Shown: positions 51,101 through 63,100 of the stretch, in pieces
How positions within the stretch are numbered: position 1 is the first letter of the stretch
Layout: each line of letters starts with the position of its first letter
Source of the DNA: Octopus bimaculoides
Lineage: Eukaryota
Direction: 5' to 3'
Assembly (NCBI RefSeq): GCF_001194135.2
Contig: NC_068985.1
Location: forward strand, 30,894,314-30,958,313
DNA length: 64,000 nucleotides
Position numbers and translations under genes: made by a program
The notes under the pieces: model-generated
What the model was told of the DNA's origin: nothing
The model's input: the letters and a program-made list of their open reading frames with translations, nothing else
Database searches by the model: none

Positions 51101-54100
51101 AACTTCCATCTTCCCTATTCTTTTTCTCTTTTGTGCATTTATGTGTATATATCATTTGTTCATTTGTTTTTATACTTATCTTTTTCCTCATGCTCGTATG
51201 AGTTAGGTGAATACATATCATTGAAGAACTGTTTTACATTCAAATGCCCTTACCTGTTTTTCAAATAAAGGATTTTTTTGTTCCAGTCTCTTTGAAAGTG
51301 TAGAATGAGGGGTTGATTTGTTGACTTTTCATGAGAAGCACAGAATATAAACTCACAAAGACACATGCACATACACCTATACTCCCCTCACATACATACA
51401 TACAACAGTCTTCTGTACAGTTCTTGTCTCCCAAATTCACACTCACAAGGTATTGGTTGGTTCAATGCTTTAATAGGATATACTTGCACAGAGCCACACT
51501 TTCACTTTCTCTCCTTCAAATTGGGTGTCAGCTGCCAAGTTATCCACAGTGCATACACTTCCCAATGTCCAGATTCTTCCCCCATCTTCTGTAGTATATT
51601 GTGACCACAGTCAGTTGTGCAGCAAACTCATACTGTGACTCGTTTGTCCACATGAATAAATATGTCTACTCACTGGAAATTCATGTCAGTGGTCACAGAT
51701 GATCATTTCCCACTACATGGTTTGTCTTCTTGCTGGTTTCATCTTGTTTAAACTTCATCAATCTGTGCATGTCAGTGGCATAAATTCCATACACAACCTT
51801 TAGTCTTCTGTGGATGTTGGACAGCCTGCATGCCATTTTTGACAAAAACTGAATAAGTGAATGTTGCTTCTGCTTGGAACCCATTATTTGCCTGCAATTA
51901 AGAAGAACAGGAAGAAGAGTCATGAAAGAAAATGAATTACTTTGCTGACATATGCAATTTGAACAAATTTTGTGGTTAAAAATTCAAGTTATACCTGCTT
52001 TTGATTTATTTCTGGTACAACCCTCATATTTAAGTGTACATTGAGTGCTGTTGCTGATGCCACATAAAAAAGCACCAGTGTTGGTGCCATGTAATAAGCA
52101 CCAGTGCTGGTGCCACTTAAACAGTACCCAGTACACTCTGTGAAGTGGTTAGCATTAGGAAGGGCATCCAGCTGTAGAAACCATGCCAAAACAGATAATG
52201 GAGCTTACTACAGCTACCAGCCTTGCCAGTTCCTGTCAAACTGTCCAACCCATGTCAGAATGGAAAACAAATGTTAAATGATGATGATGAGTATCATGTA
52301 TTCAGTATGAGCAATGGACGCACAGATAAAATAGTCAGTCCTAATACATTACAAGGACTGCAGATAGGCATAATTAACAGTAGAAATGCCTCCGAATTGA
52401 AGCCTATAAAAGATTAAAAAACAAGTGTGCTACAGAATAATATTTGATAATATCTGCTCTACCTTTATCAGCACAAATCATGTACCCACACACCTACCAG
52501 TCCATGCATATACACACACACACACACACATCTAGCAAGTATGAATTGGTTGTATATACCATGATTTCACTAATTGTTTTAGGTGTCTCTGTAGTCACAA
52601 GCAGACATAGGCACCTACTCACTACTTCCATTCATGACCCAGCAAGACATCCAGGATGTGACAACCAGAAGGGAAAGAGAGCCACACTAGTTAGTACTCA
52701 GCTGGCACTCATTTCAGCTAAGTAGACTAGAGTAATACAAAATGCAGTGTCTTGCTCAAGGACACAATATGCTGCCCCTACAAGAATCAAATCCACGGTC
52801 TTCTTATATTAAACCCAACACCCTAACCACTTGCTTATGTGCCTTCAACTCTAAATGTATAAGGTGAATGCATGGCTGGGAATTTGTGTGTGTTTGCGCA
52901 TATGTGCGTGTTTCTTTGCTGTTGATTGGAAAAGAGTAAATATGAACATAATGTTATATGTGTTGTATAACTACATCTATGATTGTATCTTTCTGCAGAG
53001 AAGTGCCATCATATACATGGCTGAACCGCAGCATCACCAGGAAAACCACCTACAACTTTACCAACCTAAAACCAGCAACTATCTACTATTTGTTTGTATC
53101 TGTGAAGGTCTCCAATGCCACCGGTAGCCGTATCTACAGCCCTGTGCATTTTGTTTCAGTGAAGACAAATGATGGCAGTAAGCATTCTTCAATGTTGTTG
53201 TTGTAGTCATTGTTTAGCTTCAAATTAGACCTGATTGAGGAGAACTATGATGAAAGGCTTTCCAGCTATGTCCATCTCATCTTTTATTCACACATAGTAT
53301 ATCCAATACTTCATTATCTAAAGTATCCCTTTGTCTTTTTTAATATGGTCAGATGTGATTTGAGGGAGACCCAACCACCATTTCCAGCAAGTTGAGCAGC
53401 CTCATAGAGGCTCTCTCTTTGGTTGATATTATTGTTGCTGCTGCTCTTGTTGTTGTTATTGTTTTATTATGTCAAGAACTACATTCAGTGTCCTTTTTTA
53501 AGCCTGGAAGCTATGATTTGTTGATATCAATTGAACTTGATACTAGTATATGATTAACTTTTTCTCCTGTGCACATTTTGGGGCATCATTAGTCAAATAT
53601 GATTAACTTGATCCCAATATTTTATTTCTGAAGAGAAAAAAAATTTGATTTTAATTAAGAAATATGAAACTCCTTAAGCTATACCATAGAGCCTCTTGGA
53701 TATTTCTTTATCACTTATTTAAGCTACCTTGTACTTAGAGAGCTAATATTTAATAAGACTGTTGTGTTGGCCAAGGGCTAACATTAAAATTACCTCTATG
53801 ATATATGCACAGACTGCAGAAAGTATATTCTGGACATAGGGCACAAGACCTATGACATACGAAAAGTGGAAATTGAGGTTTTTTTCTTGTGGACATAAGC
53901 AGCATAACTGAATTTATATGATAAGAAGTGAATTGATTTCAATTGGGAATTGAAACTAAGCTATAGAATCAGCTTCATATATTTTAACCTGTACTCCATG
54001 GTTGAAAATTAATTAATAATATAAGATTCTATCTTAGAATGTCTAATATTTTTCCTTTGTTTTGCAGTTCCTAGCAAACCTGTGCACTGTTCTGTCCACC

Positions 54101-57100
54101 AAGACGGAAATGGAGGTCTCATTGCCAGTTGGAAGAAACCAAATTATCCAAGAGGAAAGCTTATTTACTATCTAGTGAGTATGAAATTGCTTTGTAATTG
54201 AGGTGCAATTTTCCTCTCTAATAGTACTGATAACATTAGCATGAGTGTATAGTTAAAAACATTTCACTGATTAATTTCTACTTTATCATTGTATCTGAAG
54301 AAAAGAAACATTGTCTCTACTTTAAGAGGGAGGAGAGAGATGGGTAAAATTGGTGCGATTACTTTGAATAATTGAAGTTTAATGTAAAGTCTGAAACACA
54401 TGAATAGAAATATAGAATCAAAGATTTTGTAATTCTTAGAATGAATGATTGCAACTATAAGTTACTGTCAGTGTTTTACTGAGAAGAGTGTACAGTTGAT
54501 GTGAGGCAGATAGATAACCATTGTTGGTCTTCTTGAGTAGAGACAAAATGCAGCCAGTCAGTTCTTAGAATGAGCAAAATAAAAATTATAAATAAGTTGG
54601 AGAATTATAATTTTCAGTAGGAAGGTTTATCAATCAAGCCTTTGACTGCCTTTAAATTAATACTATGATGTTTGATGGTAGATCTGCAAACAGCTCTCTA
54701 TAGTCTAAGCATAATTGAGCATTTCAAAGCAAACAGTCACTCAGTAATGCAACATTTCTTGGCTATTTATTGAAACAAAAAGCTTTAATATGGTTTGCAA
54801 AATAAAATTGTAATAGAACGAATGAGGTGTATTGTGAAAGAATATCATTGATGAAAAGTACAAAGAGAGATGATATGTCACTCTGGGGCATTTCAATGAT
54901 GATCTGAATTAGAATAATTACTAGAATAACAGTGCAACATGGCTTATGAAGAAACAAATGAATATTTGGCTAAGTGCAGGCATGGCTAGGCACAGGTATG
55001 GTTAGGCACAGGTATGGCTAGGCACAGGCATGGTTGTGTGGTAAAAAGCTTGCTTCTAACCACATGGTTCCAAGTTCAGTCTCACTATGTGGCACCTTGA
55101 GCAAGTGTCTTCTACTATAGCCTCAGGCTGACCAAAGCCTTGTGGGTGGATTTGGTAAACAGAAACTGAAAGAAGCCGATCAAATATATGTATATATATA
55201 TATATTTTTTTTTATTTGTGTGCCCTTTTCAAGCCTAGCCAGGCTCATGGACCTGGTTTCCCGGTTTCTATGGTGTATGTGTTCCTCCCCACCAGCTGGA
55301 TGGGACGCCAGTCCATCGCAGCGTTATTCAAGAAACAGGAAGATAGAGTGAGAGAAAGTTGGGGCAAAAGAGTACACAAGAAACTAACTTTTGTATGTGG
55401 AAGGTGCACAGGCATAATAAATACTGAACATGTGCAGAAAATAGACTCCATCAACTGCTAGGGGGACAAGCTAGAGGTAGTAGATAGCTTCCGGTATCTA
55501 GGCAACCAGGTTAGTAGTAGAGGTGGATGTTTGGAGAGCATAGCTGTGAAAATAAGATTAGGTTGGGCAAAGTTCAGAGAGCTACTACCTTTGCTGGCAA
55601 CAAAGGACCTCTCTCTCAAGTGAAAGGCAGATTGTTTGATGCCTGCAGCTATGCTACATGGCAGTGAAACATGGGCTATAACAGCCAAGGACATGAGTAG
55701 GCTTGAGAGAAATGAAGGCAGTATGCTTTGCTGGATGTGCAACGACAGTGTGCATGTTCAACAGTGTAAGCATCTTGAGAGAAAAGTTGGGCATACAAGG
55801 CATCAAATGTGGTGTACAAGAGAGACAACTACGCTGGTATGGTCATGTGATGCATATGGACAAGGATAGCTGTGTAAAGAAGTGCCAATCTCTAACTGTG
55901 GAGGGAACCTGTGGTAGAGGTAGACCCAGGAAGACATGGGTCAAGGTGGTGAAGCATGATCTTTGAACGTTGAACTTCACAAAGGCAATGAATAGTAACC
56001 GAGACCTTTGGTGATATGTTGTGCTTAAGAGGACCCATCAAGCCAAGTGCACCTATACTGGTGGCACATAAAGAGCACCTTTTGAATGTTGGGCCTGACA
56101 GAGGCAAAGTGGCTGAGTTCCTTTCGAGCATTGGGCCTCACGGAGGCAATGACCAAGACCTTTGGCATTATGTCATGCTTGAGAAGAAGACTCACTTGTT
56201 GGTTCATATCTGCACATTTAAAATCCAGTGTTCATCATCCATTTGCATAAAACATCTATGTTGAAGTTCTTGACTCTTTGCACACATTAACAAACTCCTT
56301 CAAAATTGCAGCATCAGTTTTTCATTATTCCTCCAATCTTGCCATTTTCTTTTGCAGGTTACCATTGAAGACACAAGCATTGGGAACCAATACAGTATTG
56401 GTGTCAAAGACACTAGTCAATCAAACTATTCAGTAACCCTGACTTCTCAGCCCTTAATAAAGAATCACACTTTTATCATAAAGGTAAGCCTGCTTTTTTA
56501 ATTCGTCCTTCATAACTAATGGCTGTGAGCTTGTCCATCTCTTCTGTCTCTTTTTTCCTTCTTTATGATTTCACTACATTAAATATTGTTTAAACATTGC
56601 AAAGTGTAAGAACTTTGAATTTTTAAAGAAAATATAATATATGTAACATAGAAGTGAAAAGACTGTTTGAATAAGATATTGAATAGATAACTAAAAACCT
56701 GTGCTCAAATCCATTATGTATGTATCATTATCATCATCGTTTAACGTCCGCTTTCCATGTTGTAACTATAACTTTGCTTATCTTTGTCTGCCTGTCTGCC
56801 CCCTCTCTCTCCCCCTCTCCCTACTGTGGACTATTTCTTCCATCAATTTAGATGGGAATATCAAAATTTACAAAAAGCACCCTACACACTTGCACTTAAG
56901 AGGATGGGGCTCTCCAGACTTCAGTCAAACCGTCTAACCCATGCCAGCATGGAAAACGGATGTTAAACAATGATGATGATTATTTCATTTAATTTTCATT
57001 TTACCCTATCTCTTACTAATTTCTACTTCTTTCTTGCGTTTGACTTCATTCTTCATTTTTATGAACTCATCATCTTCTTCCTTCAAGTTGAGACTCAGTA

Positions 57101-60100
57101 AAAAGAAAAAAAGCAACACTTAAGTATTATTTATATTTGACAACCTGACAGGTTCATAAGAGAAATTGTGTAGAAGCCCATCCAATAGTCAGTACCTGTA
57201 ATTAAAAGGACAAACTCTAATTTACTTCCTCAATAGCTACCCCCTATCATTGCTTGTATAGTTAACTTGCCCAAAATGAACCTGAATCACTTATTCTAAT
57301 TCTCACCATCTTATGGGACACATATCAATCACTTCACACTCTTCTTGTTTCCTTCAATCTCCATATTATCTTCAGTCTATTACTTTCTTACCTTTTTCTA
57401 TCACATTTCTTTCCTCTCTCTCATAATTCTTCTCTCTTTCTTTCTCTCTCATCCCTTTCTATTCTTGTCTCTTTTCCTGTAAATTTCATTCTCTTTATAT
57501 GCATGTACATTTTTGTATTTCTGTATTAGATTCTTGCTGCAACCAGTTCGGGTGATGGTGTAGCCTGTGAAAACAATGTAACTTATGACAGAGATGGAGT
57601 GATTAGTCCAGTTACAGGACTCACAAAGAAGTCTGAAAATTATCAAGTAACTCTTTCTTGGAATCGGGTACTTAAGGCAAAATCTTACAAAGTCATATAC
57701 CTCGATATATGGAATGCTGAACACCGCATTGATGTTCAGAAGGAAACTGTAACTAGTAAGTGAAATAATAATTTTTTTTTTAAATACCTCTTATACTGCT
57801 AAAGCTCCCCAGCTTACCAGTTTTCAGTCACACCAACCATCCCATGCTGGCATGGGAAACAGCCATTAAATGATGATGATGATGAATATGACTACCACCA
57901 CCACCACCACCACCTCTTATACTGCTAAGCTGAAGCAAAGTAACTAAGTGGTTTAAATTTTGAAGTATCAGTCTTTAGATTGAAATCTAAAAATAGGTGG
58001 GTTTTTTTGTATTGTTATTGGTTTAGTGCCAGACTAGCCTTGATTCAGCAGACATATGGTGAAAGGTGTTCAAACCTTGATCAATTTATTTTTTAAGGCT
58101 TAATAAATCTAGAACTAAGCTATCTTGGATAACGCATATCCCCTATTTTTAAGTCTGTTGAAGATATCTTTTTATCTTGCACTCATTTATCATTGCACTG
58201 TGACTAAAATGGGCATTGCATTGAAGAGTTTACTCAAACAATCAACCTCTGTACTTATGGGGGTTTTTTTTAAAGTCTGGTACGTATTCTATCGGTCACC
58301 TTTCTCCAAACTGCTAAGTTATAGGGTCGTAAACAAGCCAACATTAGTTGTCAAGTGGTATGGGGTGAAAGTGGAGGCATGTGGCTTAGTGGTTAGGGTG
58401 TCAGCATCATGATCGTAAGATTGTGGTTTCGATTCCTGGACTGAGCGACGCGTTGTGTTCTTGAGCAAAACACTTCATTTCACGTTGCTCCAGTCCACTC
58501 AGCTGGCAAAAATGAGTAACACTGCGATGGATCTGCGTCCCATCCAGCTGGGGAACACATACGCCATTGAAACCGGGAAACCTGGCCCATGAGCCAGGCT
58601 AGGCTTTAAAAGGGCGCATTTATTATTTTATTTTATGGGGTGGCAAACACAAACATAGACATAAAGACACATACATACAGACACTTTGCATTACATTGCT
58701 TTATAATTGATTGCTATGTGGACTGATAGCCAAATCCGTATGAAGTACTTACTGTGATAGCCACATGATTCTCTGAATCCATATCTTATACTACTCATAT
58801 GAACCGCTGAAATCTCCAAGTTTTTTTTCGTTCCCTCTCTGTTTTATTTCTCTTACTCCTTTCTGTTGAAGAGCTTAGGCTCAAAACATAAAAAAACTTA
58901 TCTTTGCAAGCCTAGTACTTATTCTATCAGTCTATTTTGCCGAACTGCTAAGTTACAGGGATCTAAACACACAGGCTTATTTTCAGTTTCCGTCTACCAA
59001 ATCCACTAACAAGGCTTTGATCGGCCCAAGGCTATAGTAGAAGACACTTGCCCAAGGTGCCACACACTGGGACTGAACCTGGAACCATGTAGTTCTTCCC
59101 ACACAGCCACACTTGCACCTATACATATATTTTTTTTTTCATTATAATTTCAATTATAGATTTTTAAAAACTGAATACTAAATGTGAAGTGAACCTATTT
59201 TGTGAAAAAATGCTAAATTTTCTTTTTCATTCTACCACTTTGGATTTAACAATTTGTATTATATACCTCTTAATTCCTGTGTTGCTAACAGAGTAGTGTA
59301 AAAGACTGTGTTTGGTTCTGGTATCTGTTCATCTTTAGTTCATAAATAAGTGAAATATCATTGTTCATTATCGTTTTAATGTCCACTTTTCCATGCTTGC
59401 ATGGGACGGATGGAATTTTTGTTTTTAGGTAAATTTTCAATGGCTAGATTCCCATTCTGTTGTCATTCCTTACCGGTTTCTAAGCAAGGTAATATTTTCC
59501 TATGACCAAAGATATTTCCATGCAATATTGAAAATAAAGGACATTCATTTACAATCATGTGCTGTCAAGACCAGGAGACGCAAACACAGCAGACACACAC
59601 TCACACATAAAACGTGTCCTTCAGTTTCTGTTTACCAAATCCACTCACAAGGCTTTGGTTACCCCGAGAACTATGGTAGAAGACACTTCCTCAAAGTACC
59701 ATGCAGTGGGACTGAACCTGAAACCATGGGTTTGGGATACAAGCTTCTTAACCACATATATTATTTTTCATAATTATTGTTATTTGAATTTAATGTTTTA
59801 AAACAATATTTTTCATTTTCTCTTTGTCAGTTGTTTTATTTATTATATGAAATCTAAAAAAGGTTGGGAACCCTTGTTCTAATCACCCCTTGAATGTTTT
59901 TGATTAAGCGCTTGGCTCTGCTGGATATAAATTTTATCTGTTTATTCTTATGTTTTCTAATGATCTTACCTGTTTGTTTCAGTTAATAACTTGGCTCCTG
60001 GCTGTAGTTATTTGATCCGGATCCAGGGTTACAATGATATATCAGCTGGTCCCCCTGTAGAGATATCTGTTCACACAAAAGGTACAGGATCTTTGTTACT

Positions 60101-63100
60101 TGAACTATTTTTTTGTTCTCTGATTTGCTTTATTTACATTTTTTTATAATCATTATTTGTATTATTGTTATTGTTATTGTTTAGCCCCAAGTTAGCCTCA
60201 GTCAACCAGACCATTGGTTAGAGGTATCCAAACAATGATCATCTTGTCCTTTTTTTTTTTTTTCTGTGTGTGTCCTTTTCTTAAAAACTAGTTAAAAGAG
60301 ATTTGGCTACTATTTCTAGCAGATTGAGTGACCATGAAATGGCTCTGTTGTTGGCTAGGTTAATTTTAGTTTTATGCTTCAGTGCAAGTATTGTCTAACT
60401 CAAGTTCAAATTTTAGTTAAAAGTATTTCTTCATTTACAACACTTGTACTCTTAGGAGAGAGAAGAGTATCACAAGAACTCCATCTATACCTAAAGGACA
60501 GAGGAAGAGAGACATAGACAGAACTACCTAAGCTACTAGCGTAGCTAGAGTGTGTACTGCCCAGGGTGGCCCTTCCATTTGCCGCCACTGGACCCCACAA
60601 AAACACATATCGCCTATAGTAGACCCAAAAGTGCTGTCCATTTAAAAGTGCCACCTGGGACAGACCACCCCTACTGCTCCCAAGCTACACTAGTGACCTA
60701 AGCTATGACTGACTGGAAAGTTTATCATATTCTTGACATTAGAGATTCATATTGCAAATAAATAAATGCTAACTTTTATGTATTGTGTGTTCTAATGAAC
60801 TCATCCTTTCTGTAGCATGTTATTCTAAGCCATGTTTAATTCAGTGATGGCACTTCAGAGTTTTACTTGATAATTTTCCTCTGCTCTATTTACATAAACA
60901 TGTAGCAAACCTCTCTTCTTCTTAATGTCATTTTATAATGAAATTATAGTAAAATAAATTTTATGATTCACAGTATGCCTAATGTATCATTTGTCAACTG
61001 TAGAACAGGGTTGCCAAAGCAAGCAGCACAAAATTTTCATTAAGTCGTAGATTATGTTACAAAGTACCCAAAATGGAAATTTTGCTTGTAACATGAGAAT
61101 GAAAAAAAAATTATCCTTTTTAATACCAAGAAAGACATTAGGGATACTAGGTGTGTGTGTGTGTGTGTTGAAGATATGATACTGGTTGTAATTGTTACTT
61201 CCTTGTAATGATGAACCTCTTGAATGTGAATAAATTATTCAGTTTTGTTTTTCATCCATTAGGTAAAGAAATTACAACACCCAATATTTTGGCAGCAATG
61301 TTGGTAAAAAATAATTCTTTCAATATCACATGGATTGGACCAAGCCTTGGTCATCACCAGGTAAAATTATCTTTTCAGTTTTTTCTGTTTATTTTTTTAG
61401 ATATAGATATATTGATGTAATGCTATTTGATAATAAAACTTACTGTGAAAATATGTGTTGATTCTTTGGCAATGAATTAATAATTTGAGTATATTAAGTA
61501 CATTCATCTCACAGATAATACATTCCAATCCTGAAAACATGAATTTTATCAACAATGTACTTAAGGTAGAAGATATGTTATATAGGAAGCTAAATCATTC
61601 TGATGAAATAACCTAGTTGATAAGAATTATATAGCAGCAAACATTTTAATGCCATTTTCCCTGCTAAAGCAGGAGTTAGCTCTGCAGGCCCCAGGACGGA
61701 ACTCATACACATGGTTTCCTACTTTTCAGCCAGATGCCCTTGTTGCTTTTACTGTGTGTTAAAAAGACTGGTCATAAGTAAAGATACTAGCTAATTAACA
61801 TTTAACTGAGCCATCTAGAAATAAAAGATAGAAGTCACTTGAAAATGATAAACAGATAACTTATCATATAGCATTATGGAATAAACTAAATGTATCAAAG
61901 AGCAAAAGAGAAATCACATCAGTGTCATTATTTATTTAACTGTAGCTTTTGTAGATTACCCTCTTCCAGCTAAATGTGACATCCACAAAGATCACTTATC
62001 TTTCAGTTTTCTTTTTAATCTATATAATGATCACCAAACTGTAATGATAATATTGTAGCCACCATAACACATCTATACCAGTCCAGCATGTTTTCACTGG
62101 TCTCAGTATGTTTTGTACATACATATCCTAAAATGCAAATATTTTTAGATTGCTCTTTAGCAGAAACACTATAATACATTTTGAATTCAGCTTGTTTGAA
62201 TTTAAATCAATATACACATCAAATAAGAAAGTAAGATCTAAAAGACAATTAGCAAGAAATTTTGTGATCACCTTGGAATCAATAAATTAAAACTGATGAT
62301 AATTGTATTTCAAATATATTTTCTACTCATAACTCTTTTCTGTTTCAACCTGATTGCAGCGCTTTGCCATTTTCTATGACACAATTCCTCGTCATTTAGA
62401 GAATTCTCACATAAAAGATGCAAGATGGGTAGAATACACAACATCCCAGTTTATGGTCTTACAGAATTTACAGGCGTGTGAAGCTTATATTGTAAAAGTT
62501 GCAGTGGTAAGATCCAAGACAATACCTCTCAGCCAACTCAGTTCTGAAATACTCTTTCAAACTTCATCAGGTAAATACTGTTTTATATCCATCATATCAC
62601 ATAAAATATTAACTTTAATAGTCATTACTGTTGCATTAGATCAGCTAACAACAGCAACTGTGATATTTTGTTGAGATTAACAATCATCATCATCATCATT
62701 GTTTAACATCCGCTTTCCATGCTGGCATGGGTTGGATGATTTGACTGAGGACTGGCAAGCCAGGAGGCTGCACCAGGTGCCAATCTGATTTGGCAAGGTT
62801 TCTACAGCTCAATGCCCTTCCTAATGCCAACCACTCTGAGAATATGACTGAATTAGACTGAATGTTCAGGCGTATTCATAAATGGCTAATTACCTATTAA
62901 TAGGTGTGCCTCTTTAGTTCATATTCCTATAAGAAGATAAGGGTGTCTAGAACGAATACAGAAAATATATTGTTTTTGGAAATAATAAAATTTTTGCTGA
63001 AATGAAGGCAGAGCTTTTGAAATGATATACTATTATCCTTTTCTTTAAAAACTGAAATAAAACAGCAATGTCTTAGATTTAAGGCCATTATGATAACAGA

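Noticed and set aside
57449-57724. 91-aa minus-strand ORF
   Set aside because: Antisense shadow of SORL1 exon 28.
58371-58445. tRNA gene
   Set aside because: A and B boxes are present, but there is no full cloverleaf; the sequence continues into a SINE body with tail and TSD.
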